From: the human T2T-CHM13v2.0 reference genome, Homo sapiens
NCBI RefSeq assembly: GCF_009914755.1
Contig: NC_060927.1
DNA length: 64,000 bases
Direction: 5' to 3' (one strand)
Shown here one piece after another: positions 1-30,743 of the stretch. The position numbers and the translations under genes were made by a program. How positions within the stretch are numbered: position 1 is the first letter of the stretch; each line of letters begins with the position of its first letter. A model generated the notes under the pieces. That model was given only the letters and a program-made list of their open reading frames with translations, made no database searches and was not told where the DNA came from.

Positions 1-932
1 GTAGAACTGGTGCCGATCCTACTGAAACCATTCCAAAAGATTGAGAAAGAGGGAAACCTCCCTAACTCATTCTATGGAGCCTATATCACTCTGATACCAA
101 AACTAGGAAAGGGCATAACAACAAAAAAAGAAACCCTTAAGACCAATATCCCTGATGAACATAGAACACAGATGCAAAAATTCTCAACAAAATACTAACT
201 AATCGAATCCAACAGCACATCAAAAAAATACACCATGATTAAGTGGGTTTCATCCCAGGGATGCAGGTTTAGTTTAACATATGCAAGTCAATAAATGCGA
301 TACATCACATCAACAGAATTAAAAACAAAAGCCATATGATGATTTCAATAGATGCAGAAAAATCATTCAATATAATCCAGTATTGCTTTATGATAAAAAT
401 CCTCAAGAAACTAGGCATAGAAGGGACTCATCTCAAAATGATAAAAGCCGTATATGACAAATCCACAGCCAACGTAATACTGAACAGGAAAAGTTGAAAG
501 CATTCCCCACTAAGAACTGGAATAAGACAAGGATGCCTACTTTCACCACTTCTATTCAACATAGTACTGGAAGTCCCAGCCAGGACAGACAACAGAAAGA
601 AATAAAGGGGATCCAAATTGGAAAAGAGGAAGTCAAACTATTGCTATTTGCTGATGATATGATTGTATACCTAGAAAACCCTAAAGACTCCTCCAAAAGA
701 CTCCTAGATTTGATAAATGAATTCAGTAAAGTTTCAGGTTACAAAATCAATACACACAAATCAGCATACCAACAACGACCAAGTCAAGAGTCAAATCATT
801 AACTCAATCCCTCCTACAACAGCTGCAAAAAAATAAAATACCTAGGAATATACTTAACCAAGGAAGTGAAAGATCTCTACAAGGAGACCTACAAAGCACT
901 GCAGAAAGAAATCACAGATGACACAAACAAAT
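1..932 (+). mobile_element. L1 ORF2 fragment (reverse-transcriptase region), decayed
   Basis: ORF fragments [20 protein letters not shown] and [30 protein letters not shown] are L1 ORF2p sequence (FADD motif), broken by frameshifts and stops. Confidence 0.93.
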
Positions 933-1051
933 GGCTTACAGAGTCTTTATTTTTTTACTCAGAAGCATTTCCTCTGCTTCCAACTGCCTTCATACTTCAG
1001 TCATTGAATTTCTCGTAAGCTAGGCCTTTTCACTACTCTGCCTTTATGTTA

Positions 1052-1408
<357 letters not shown>

Positions 1409-1514
1409 GAAGAGATGCAGGGGAGAAAGAGAAGGCTACATTTGTTGAATATGTATTGGATGCTCCACATACAATATCCCATCTAATTTGCACAGTAATT
1501 CCATGAAGTACGTA

Positions 1515-2107
1515 TACTAGCCACCCCTTATCAAAGGTTTCCCTTTCAGCAGTTTCAGTTACCTACAGTCAACCACAGTCCAAAAATATTAAATGGAAAA
1601 TGGCAGAAATAAGCAATTCGTACATTGCCCACCATTCTGAGTAGTGTGATGAAATCTCATGCTATCCTGTTCTGACCCACCCAGAAACTGAATCATCCCT
1701 TTGTCCAGCATATCCACCTGCCTACACTACCTCCCTATGAGTCATTTGCCATCTGGGTTAGATAGGCTGTTGAGGTTCCCCAATGCTTGTGTTTCAAATC
1801 ACTCTTATTTTACTTAATAATGGTCCCAAAGCACAATGGTAGTGATGCTGGCAATTCAGATATGCCAAAGAGAAGGCGCAAAATGCTTTCCTTAAGTGAA
1901 AAGGTGGAAGTTCTTGACCTAATAAGGAAAAACACAATCATATGCTGAGGTTGCTAAGATCTATGGTAAGAATGAATCTTCTATCTGCAAAATTGTGTTG
2001 AAGGAAAAAAAAGTTCACGCATAGTATATACATGGTACTATCCACGGTTTCAGGGATCCACTGAGGGTCTTGGAAACCCCCCCCCCTCAGATAAGGGGGG
2101 ACTACTG
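1515..2107 (+). mobile_element. MER44/Tigger7-derived non-autonomous DNA transposon inserted into a MIR
   Basis: Terminal inverted repeats ctagccaccccttatc ... gataaggggggactactg followed by TA. MIR sequence lies on both sides (1440-1510; 2110-2230 with aaggtcacacagctagtaaatggca). Confidence 0.82.
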
Positions 2108-2414
2108 TAGTTTTATCCTCTATTTTGCTGATGAGGACAGTCACGTTAGTGGGATTAAGTAACCTGTCCAAGGTCACACAGCTAGTAAATGGCAAGACTA
2201 GCTTACTAGTGGCAAGTCTAAACACAGCCTTTTCTGTATGCTGACTCTCTCTCTACCCACTGTCTTCATCTGGCATTATTGTTCAGATTCTACTCATCAC
2301 TTCCTTATCTTAGCCTTTGCAACCTCTCTCATTTGGAGTTAGCTGCTCCCGTAATAATCCGTCTATACTTGTCTAATAATAACAGGTGTTTTTTTAATTG
2401 AGATATAATTCACT

Positions 2415-3068
<654 letters not shown>

Positions 3069-3482
3069 TCATTTGTACGATTAAAGTGTACAACCCAGTG
3101 TTTTTTTTTTTGTATATTCACTTTGTGTGCACCCATCACCACTGTCTAACTCCAGAACATTTCCATCACCCCAAAAGTAACCCTATGCCCATGATGCAGT
3201 GATTCTCCATTTCACCTTTCCTGCCACCCCTAGCAACTATAATCTGCTTCTGTCTCTATGCAGTTGCCTATTCTGGACATTTAATAGAAAAGAAATAATA
3301 CATTAGATAGCCTTTTGTATCTAGCTTCTTTCACTCAGTTTAATGTTTTTTAGGTTCAGGCACATTGTAATGTTTCAGTACTTTCTTCCTTTTAATAGCT
3401 GAATATTATTCCATTGTATGAATATACCACATGTTGTTTATCCATTCATCATTTGATGGACATTTGTTTTTTTCTGCTTTTT

Positions 3483-3914
3483 ATCTATTTATTTATTTAT
3501 TATTGAGATGGAGTCTTACTCTGTTGCCCAGGCTGGAGTGCAGTGGTGCAATCTCGGCTCACTGAAACTTCTGCCTCCTGTGTTCAAGTGATCCTCTCAC
3601 CTCAGACTCCCGAGTAGCTGGAGTTACAAGAGTGTGCCACCACGCCTGGCTAATTTTTGTATTTTTAGTAGAGACAGGGTTTCACCATGTTGGCCAGGCT
3701 GGTCTTGAACTCCTGACTGCAGGTGATCTGCCTGCCTCCATCTCCAAAAGTGCTGGGACTACAGGCATGAGCCACTGCGCCCAGTTGTTTTCTGCTTTTT
3801 AGCTATTATGAAACCTGTGCGGCCAGGTGGAGGTTGTAGTGAGCCGAGATCACGCCATTGCACTCCAGCCTGGGTAACAAGAGCGAAACTCCGTCTCAAC
3901 AACAACAACAAAAA
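3483..3914. mobile_element. AluS (-, 3483-3785) and an internally deleted or truncated Alu (+, 3821-3914)
   Basis: The second element is flanked by TSD aaacctgtgc and has a (CAA)n tail. Confidence 0.85.
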
Positions 3915-6003
3915 CCTGTGCACGACGTTTTGTACAGACATGTTTTTAACTTTCTTGGAGATATACCTAGGAGTATATCTGGTTCTTATGGTAACTCTAT
4001 GTTTAACATCTTGAGAAACTGTCAAACTGTGTTCCAAAGTAACTGTATGACATCATATTCCCACCAGTAATGTATGAGAGTTCCAATTTCTGCATATCAG
4101 GTAACATTTGTTATTGATCATCTTCCCATTCCCACCCCAGGTTTATTGAGGTATGTATAATTGACAAATAAATGTCCATCTTTTGAGTATAGCCCAACCT
4201 AACAGGTGGGAAGTAGTATCTCATTGTGATTTTTATTTACATCTCCCTAATGACTAACATGTTCATTCCTCATTTGCATGTCTTCTTTGGAGAAATGTCT
4301 ATTCAAATCCTTTAACCACAATGAGAAATTATTTGTCTTTTCCATTGTTTAGTAGTCAGAGATGTACACTTTGGATAGTAGTGCCTTATTAGCCACATGA
4401 TTTCCGAATGTTTTCTCTCATTTTGTGGGATGACTTTTCACTTTCACTGCTGTTCTTTGAAGTACTAGCATTTTAAATTTTGAAGTCCAATTTACCTATT
4501 TTTTCTTTTTTTATTTGTGCTTTAAGTGTTATATCTAATAAACCATTGCCTAATTTTAAGTCACAAAAATTTTCTACGATGTTTTCTTCTAAGAGTTTTA
4601 TAATTTTAGCCCTTACTAACTACTAATAAAATTATAAAACAAAATTATGAAACTAGGTTTATAATTTTAGCTCTTTAACTCTGTTTTCAGTTATTTTTAT
4701 ACATAGTCTAGGTACGGGTCCAACTTCACTCTTTTGTAGGTGGATATAAAATTGTCCCAGCATTATTCATTAAAAATAACAGTAAAACTATTCTTTCCCT
4801 CCATTGAATTATCTTGACCTTTATTATGTGGTTTTTTCTTTTTCATTTTTGCTTTTTACTTTCTCTTTCTCATTCTACACCTTTAATATATCCCAAATTT
4901 TAAAATAAATGTTGACACTTATTTTCCTACCTCCATGTCTAGCATGGGACTATGATATTATAACACTGCAACAAACATGTTCAGTGAATGAAAAGCTGAT
5001 TGGAGATTCCTAATGTCAAGCAATAAATACCAAATGTCATAGATGCTGAAGGGTGCTGGGGAAGTTTTATATATGAAGCTGATAATCCAGTGAATTTTTC
5101 AAACCAAAAGTTTTCAAGGGGGTCCCAGAACTTAATCATCTTAGACTGGAATGGGTCTTGGAGATCATCAACCCTCTCATTTTCCAGTGATGAAAAGCAG
5201 TCTTTGAAAGGCTAAATAGCAGCCTATCTTATGTAAAATTGCTATAGGGTCCCAGCTGTCCTTGAAATTACATTCTGACTATTACAAGTTAACAAAGGAT
5301 TCTTTCAGTTAGTCCTTGATAAAGCATTTTTTTCAGTTCTGATAAAAGTCCTTTCCAGTTGAAAGACAACTGCTTTTGCTTCATACCACATTTATCTTCT
5401 GAGATAACTCCGAGATTATTTTTTAAACTCCTCCACCCTAGTGGAACACTTCTTTCTCTTAATTTCTATAGATCCTTCTTGCTCTTCTACGAAATTAGCA
5501 ATTTATTTGGTATTGTTCTATTGCTCTATTGCTTTAGATTATTATATAATCTTGAATCATTATTTGATTTATCACAGTTTTTTTGTGTGGCCATCCAAGT
5601 AGACTACCCCAACTAGACCCTGGGACAGAAATAGAATTTTACAATTTATTACATGACCCACAGAGGCTTGCATCCCACAGATATGCAGCAGACATTTCTT
5701 GATACTATTTGTTCATTCAGACAATTCATTTTAAAAATGAGAAACTGTTAACCCTAGGTTTCATTTTGTTCCCCCATCCCATAGAGAAGTAAGGCAGTTG
5801 ACTCTTGGATCACTCAGGATGACAGCCTCTAGGGGAGAAACATTTTTTCATTTGGAAATTTTCTAGTGACTCACTATTTGCTTTCCTAAAGGAATGGAGA
5901 GACCAGAGACCTAAAATTGGTGCATATATGTTTAAGTATTTTTAAACATTACTATTAAAAGTTTTTAAATTATATTAAAATGATTTTTTAAAAAAGATTG
6001 GCA

Positions 6004-6918
<915 letters not shown>

Positions 6919-7454
6919 CCTCTTTTTATCTCAAGTGTGCTTCCTAGTTATGAGATAGGGGAAAGAAATGGAATAATCTAGCCTCCTATTGTAATAATGG
7001 AATAATCTAGGCTCCTTGCTGAACGTAAGTAGAATCTCTGGAACTGTTTGAGTTAAAATATAAAATTAAGATTAAATAAAAGGTGGCAGAATGAGACAGG
7101 ATGAGTATATCATGATATGATGCTCAGTACACTGTCATACATCTGTGGAAATACAATGAACCTATTAACTGATTATGATAAGAACAAATTATTGTGGGTT
7201 AAAGTGACACCCTTGTAACAGTGAATCTAGCACATGTTATTAGCATGTTTTTAGACCATGGAAAATACAAAAATAAATAACAAAACTAAAAATGTTGTGA
7301 ACTTATAAATTTTTTTCTCATCTCCCAGAAATCAGTTCCTGTTTCAAATTTATGCTATTTTGAAATTATGTTAATGAATAAAAAAAATTGAAACAGATGT
7401 AAAATCACAGAGTCATTTCACTTCTCTGGACTTCATTTATAAAATAAGGGAGTT

Positions 7455-8272
<818 letters not shown>

Positions 8273-9180
8273 ACAAAGACAACATAGAGTAATTTCCAGC
8301 TAGTCATATCTACCATTCCATGATTCTGACTGAAAGATTTCAAGTTACATAAAATGAGAGTCACTTACCTAAAAGTTGTGTTTGACTTGAGGACACAGAC
8401 TACTCAGCAGGCTGAACTAACTTTCCAGGTCACAGCTTTAAATTAACAAGGGAAGCAGAAAATAAAGACTTGCTCTGCTTGTTGTTGCTGGGTTCCCTCT
8501 TATCACACTAAGATTCATTTTAATACTCAAGTGTATATAAACCATAGGCTCATATTTGTTGAGTTCCTACAGTTTTCTATGTGCCAAAAAGAACTTCAAA
8601 GGTAAGTTTCCTGCCTCCTGCTTGAGGCATCTAATGACAGTGGGAGCTTTGCTTTAAAAGGCTCAGTGTATGGAGCCCTGGGATGATTTAATTATAGGGG
8701 GCTTCCTAATTTGTTATTCTTATCCAGAATAGGAAGCCATTCAATTCAGTAAAATACCTCCTGCTTGAGTCATGGGGTGAAAAGCACAGGGTGCAGGTGA
8801 ACTAAAGCAGCTTTATCTCTAGAGTGCTATTCCCATTGACATTGTATACGTGATTAGGCAGCCAGAAAATCATCATAGACTATGAACTCTGCTTTCCCCC
8901 TGATTTATCTGTGGCCCAAAATAGGATATAGTTTAGTTTAATTCAAGGTCAGCAGAAATTCAATATGAAAACACTTGAGTCCATTAGGAAATAGGCGGAA
9001 GTGGTGGAGAAAATGAGCTAGTCTTCTGTGTGGGGGGAGCAGTTAGCAACTTTGTTGGGGGGAGGCGTTTACCCTAGAGGCTGTGGGAGAGAACTCAATA
9101 ATTGAAGGAGGCCATTGTGGAGGTGGGTGAGGGGCTGTAGCAGGGATACTATTAAAATAGGTTTATAACTTCTTTCTCTC

Positions 9181-11789
<2,609 letters not shown>

Positions 11790-12220
11790 TCGAAGTAAAA
11801 CAATTACATTTCAAAGGCAAAACAGATAAGGTTCAAACTGCTATATGTCATCATCTGTAGTGTGAGTGAGATTGAGTAACTATAATGTAAAAAAGTCCAT
11901 AAAAAGTACTCCCCTATAATGTAAAAAAGTACTCCCTATAATGTAAAAAAGGACTGAAGGGAGTACTCAGAGATGGCTTACAGATAAAGTTGGCAACATC
12001 AGTGGACTGGTGAAGGGGATAGAATAAGGGAAAAAAGGAGGCAAAGAAGTCATGGGGACATGTGTTTGTTTGCTGTCTATGCTAACTCAGTGAGATTAAT
12101 TAAGAGAAAAAAAGCGAAATTCTCTCATGAACCTCAGCTGTCAAAACTCCAATAAGAAGTTTTGGTCATTTCTGGGCACAGCTTCTGCCCTGAAGCTTAA
12201 GTTAAACAGTTAATATGATA

Positions 12221-12609
12221 CAGTCATATGCTTTATAATGATGTTTTGGTCAGTGATGGACTGCATACAGGTCAGTGGTCCCATAGCTGAAAATTCCTGT
12301 TGCCTAGTGATGCCATAGTCATCCTAACATTATAGTGCAATGAATTACCTTTTTAATGTTTAGGTATGTTTAGATATACAAAAATATTTGCCATTGTCTT
12401 ACAGTTGCATACAGCATTCACTATAGTAACATACTGTATAGATATGTAACCTAAAAGCAATAGGCTATATCATTTAGTCTAGGTGTACAGGAGGATGTAC
12501 TATCTAGGTTTCTGTAAGTACACTCTACACACAATATTCACCAGATGATGAAATCACCTAACGACAAGTTTCTCAGAACATATTCCTGTTATTAAGCAAT
12601 GCATGATTG
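12221..12609 (+). mobile_element. Tigger3 (Golem)-derived non-autonomous DNA transposon
   Basis: Begins TA|cagtcat..., ends ...ttaagcaatgcatgattg. Internal Tigger3 motifs (ggtcccata, agcaataggctata, gtaagtacactcta). Confidence 0.82.
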
Positions 12610-12623
12610 CATTAAGACATGAT

Positions 12624-14264
<1,641 letters not shown>

Positions 14265-14451
14265 TGCAAGGTTCCTTTTATACCCTTTTACTCAATCCTG
14301 TTTTCTTTAAGCTAAAGAGATGGCTCAAGAGTTTCCAGTATTTTGTTACCAAAAATGACATAATTTCTGTGCCCTGATCATCTTGTATGCATAATTCTTT
14401 CTGCCTTGTATCTATTTTAACTATATCATATTGACTTTAAAAATTAATGTC

Positions 14452-26208
<11,757 letters not shown>

Positions 26209-27323
26209 AAGGACGATTCTTTCTAATCTTTGGTAAGCCAGTTTTTACAGAATGAAATGCTCTTGGATTGACTGACTTGATTGGGTAAGTATTCATTGGG
26301 CTCTTGTTCCATGCAAGGGCAGTCTACAAGGGCCTAGATATGGGGGCCCCCAAAGAAGAAAAATCGGTTTTTCATCACATTTTCTGGTTGAGTTTCTTCC
26401 TTTATTATATTTGTTACATATGTTATTAAATTATTTCCATAAAAGAGGTTATGCTGAGCAGGTAACCAAATTCTTGTTCCCCCAAAAGACATGTATAATT
26501 CAGACGATTTATGCAATTAGAAGAAGGGAGACTTCATCAGTTAATAAAGTCTAGAACGTGAGGAAGCCCAGTCATTTCCAGGACCTTCAGATGCCCAAGC
26601 TGGATCCAGGTTTTCCACCCCGACAGCTCCAGGGAGCACGCTGGAGAGACAGACTTCACCAGCGGGAAGGCGCGGCACCCTACGCGCAAGGAACCTCAAG
26701 TCCCAGAATCCTATGAGGACTCCAAATCCCAGAAACCTGCACGCAAATCTATCCCGGGTGCCAAGTCGGCCGACCGCAGACGTGACCAAGTTGCGAGGCT
26801 AGGGTGAGGTGTCGTAGAATTTGTCCCTACCATTGTCCCTGCAGGGAAGAGACTTTAGTGATCTAGAGCTGGTCATTGTCTCTTTCACAGCTCGCGTGAA
26901 AGCACCCCTCCCGGCGTGTTTGATGCCATGATCAGCGTCTCCCATTCCCTCTGTCCCCTTTCTCTGCCCCCGTAAGGATGGTTCAGCCCGGTATTGAGGC
27001 TCCTTGAGCTGGCTGGATGGTTGCGCCCGCCCTACCCCGGAATGTGGGCCTTTGGAGCGAGCGAAGTGGGAGGGACCGACGCAGGAGGTGTCTTGGGCCC
27101 GGGCGGCTGTAGAGGCGGCGGCGCCTACGGGCAGTGGGAGGAGCCGCGCGGTTCCGGCTGCTCCGGCGAGGCGACCCTTGGGTCGGCGCTGCGGGCGAGG
27201 TGGGCAGGTAGGTGGGCGGACGGCCGCGGTTCTCCGGCAAGCGCAGGCGGCGGAGTCCCCCACGGCGCCCGAAGCGCCCCCCCGCACCCCCGGCCTCCAG
27301 CGTTGAGGCGGGGGAGTGAGGAG

Positions 27324-27424
27324 ATGCCGACCCAGAGGGACAGCAGCACCATGTCCCACACGGTCGCAGGCGGCGGCAGCGGGGACCATTCCCACCAGGT
27401 CCGGGTGAAAGCCTACTACCGCGG
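27324..27424 (+). CDS. PRKCI: PRKCI coding exon 1 (101 nt): [33 protein letters not shown](G)
   Basis: The translation matches the N-terminus of PKC iota. ATG at 27324 and a second in-frame ATG at 27351 (gcaccATG). Ends in phase 2 at the donor GG|GTGAGT (27425). Confidence 0.98.
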
Positions 27425-27435
27425 GTGAGTGTCCT

Positions 27436-27615
27436 GGGACAGGGCGGTGGGCGGGAGGGGACAGGCCGGCTCCACTCGGCCTGGAGGAGGGGAGGGTGAG
27501 GGGCTGGAGGTGTTGTGGGCGGATTGGGCTGGGCGGGCGGGCGGCTCCGGTGACTCAGGGTGAGTGACGAAGTGATAGGGGTGGGGGCGAAGCAAGGGGA
27601 TGCAGTACTGGGGGC
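27436..27615 (+). promoter_or_regulatory. G-quadruplex-forming G-tract cluster at the start of intron 1, with an AP-1 consensus TGACTCA at 27551-27557
   Basis: gggacagggcggtgggcgggagggg and gggcggattgggctgggcgggcggg fit the G3N1-7 pattern. Function is not shown by sequence. Confidence 0.55.
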
Positions 27616-28574
27616 GCCCCCAGGTATGGCGGTGCGGGGAGCCGAGGGGCCAGAGTAGGGTCCGAGAAGGAAGCTAGGGTTAGAGTAGGTGCACCTGGTG
27701 TGGACGAGAGACTCGCCTCCTGAGAGCTTTGTAGGGGCCTTGCATCCTTAAGTCTGGGTGTATTTGGGGTTGCGAGTTGAGGATTCCAAGTGATGCCTTA
27801 GTTAACTCAGTTTGCTGTGGGGATAGAAAACGGGACTTCTTCAGTTAGCTGTCCGTTTTGATTACCAGCAGGCCTAACGCCTCTGGTTCTCTGAGATATA
27901 CCTCCATCCCCGTTGTGTTCACGTAGTGTATCTGCACTGCCAGTATATTAGACATAGGGGTTGTATTTAAGAATCAAGTCGATGCGTTTTCAGGGACGTG
28001 CAGTGGGTACTTACGTGTCGTCAAGATTAAGTTGCATGTGTGTAAATCAAAATTTTGTGAGCCTTTCTTTCTCAGTGTTGTTTCAACGACTACCCGATAG
28101 GGTGAGATACTGCAAGGTGAGGAGACTAGCCTAGTTACAGTTTTAAATTCTCTGATCTTCACTCCCTTACTATGGTTACAAGAAAAAACCCAGTTCTAAG
28201 TTCATTGTGTTAAATCATTTTCTATCAGTGACGCAAAGTGCCCCCCTTCCTTTAAATTCAGTTGTGGTTTGAATTTTTTTTTGAGATAATTATGTTTAGG
28301 AGCATTAGAAACGTGAAATGTTAGTGTGACCATAAAGGTTGGAGACTGAGAAGTCACAGAAAACCCAGCTACTTTGGCTTGCCTTACTGCTTGTCCAGGT
28401 AGAAGTAAATTGCTTTAAAAAACTCAAGCAGTGCTAGGTTGAAATTGCAATGCATACTTTTACATTCCTGAGAGGATCAGTGAAGATAGCAAACTCTCAA
28501 ACTACCTCTCTTGTTTTGATTTCAAAGAAAATCTGAGCCCCTAAATGTTGTATTGATTTGATGTAAGGACTTTT

Positions 28575-28837
28575 TTTTTATTATTATACTTTAAGTTTTA
28601 GGGTACATGTGCACAATGTGCAGGTTAGTTACATGTGTATACATGTGCCATACTGGTGTGCTGCACCCATTAACTCGTCATTTACATTAGGTATATCTCC
28701 TAATGGTATCCCTCCCCCCTCCCCCCACCCCACAACAGTCCCCAGGGTGTGATGTTCCCCTTCCTGTGTCCATGTGTTCTCATTGTTCAATTCCCATCTG
28801 TGAGTGAGAACATGCGGTGTTTGGTTTTTTGTCCTTG
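28575..28837 (-). mobile_element. 5'-truncated young L1PA (L1PA2/3-like) 3' end
   Basis: Near-consensus L1PA 3'UTR (ttttagggtacatgtgcac...ggttagttac). TSD ttgatgtaaggactttt at 28558-28574 and 28835-28851. Confidence 0.92.
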
Positions 28838-29122
28838 ATGTAAGGACTTTTAAATTTGCTGCCATGAAGCCTCTGGCCTCTGTTTATTATTAGCTTGACT
28901 GTATGCAGGAGTAGTTTATTGGAGTTATATTGGACAGTATGATAACTTTGTGTTTAAGCAGGTAAAACTGATTAAGGAGGTTTTTATTTTAAATCAGTAC
29001 CAAGAAACGTGTGGATATTTTTTAAAGTTTGTAGTTGTCACAAGAGCTGTTTTGACTTGAGGATGGTCAGCCATGAACTTTGCAAGGTGAGAAAAAAGCT
29101 TCCTTTGCTTTTTTTTTTTTAA

Positions 29123-29395
<273 letters not shown>

Positions 29396-30241
29396 TGAAC
29401 TCCTGGCCTCAAATGATGCGCTCGTCTTGGCTTCCCAAATTGCTGGGATTACAGGCATGAGCCACTGCGCCTGGCCCTAAGGCTTTCAATAAATTCTTAT
29501 TAATTGAGATCATCTTCTCCAATGAGTCTATGAAAGGTAAGAAATTAGTGCTTCTATTTTCCCATTTGTATTAGTTTGACACATGTAAATAGGCCCAGTT
29601 AGTAAATGAAAATCATTGTAAACTCCTTTGAGAAGAAATCAAAGTCTTGCTGTACTTCATGAATTTAGATAGCAAATTATCTTGGCTTATTGCTCCAGTT
29701 ATTAAAAAGAAGAGAATAAGGACATACAGCTTCTTTAGTGTTTGACTGCAATTTTTCCAAGACATTCAAGGTAACATTGTCTTTTAAAATCTGTGAAATT
29801 TTGCTGCGGCGCAAATAACCTCTTGCCCATTGTATACTGGTCTTTGCTCAATGAAAGCTTTCTAATGGTACCTTCATTTCAAGCCTCATTTAAAGACAAT
29901 ATCAGCACTCTAAATTGTACCAAATTCCTGTCCTCTGAAATTAGATGTTAAGATTATGTGTTTGTATAGTCTAAACTGATGATTGTGGTATTACATAGTC
30001 AGCTGCTCATTAATATAGATGAAGCTAAAATGAGTCACGGACAAGGATAGTTAATAAACAGGTTGGCTAACTAGAACACCTACCTGATTTTAAAATAGAA
30101 AATCCTTCCTTTATACCAAGAAATGTGAGAACATTCTGCATTTGAAAAAGTTTTCTTTTCTCTCCAATCTTCTGAAGGGCCATTATTACATAGCATTTCC
30201 TCTATCCCTCTACACTTTTCTTTTCTTTTTTTTTTTTTTAA

Positions 30242-30400
<159 letters not shown>

Positions 30401-30500
30401 TGACTCATTTAATAGCCAGCATTTTTTTTAGTGAAAAAATTGCCCTCTCTTTTCAAAGATGTGTATAGTGTTATTATTCTGTTAAGCTTGATCTCAGTGA

Positions 30501-30743
<243 letters not shown>

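Larger units (their letters stand above)
26630..27720 (+). promoter_or_regulatory. PRKCI: CpG island / PRKCI promoter and GC-rich 5'UTR
   Basis: Abrupt rise in GC and CpG density around exon 1, with several GGGCGG boxes (e.g. 27101, 27214) and no obvious TATA box. The TSS cannot be read from sequence; it is probably near 27050-27100. Confidence 0.9.

Noticed and set aside
494-802. Reverse transcriptase-like ORF (FADD motif)
   Set aside because: A decayed L1 ORF2 fragment, not an intact or novel RT system.
6967-7011. Short direct duplications (aatggaataatctag x2; also 9931-9965, 50808-50860, 60581-60620)
   Set aside because: Ordinary slippage-type tandem duplications without inverted parts.
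11880-11967. CRISPR-like repeat spacing, and a TACTCCCT...AGGGAGTA resemblance to plant Stowaway MITE ends
   Set aside because: The DNA is primate, the spacers are too short and themselves repetitive, there are no cas genes, and the ~40-bp span is too small for a MITE.
26541-27395. Minus-strand ORFs of 78-198 aa over the promoter
   Set aside because: Low-complexity Ala/Arg/Pro/Gly ORFs are expected in stop-poor CpG islands, and no domain is recognisable.
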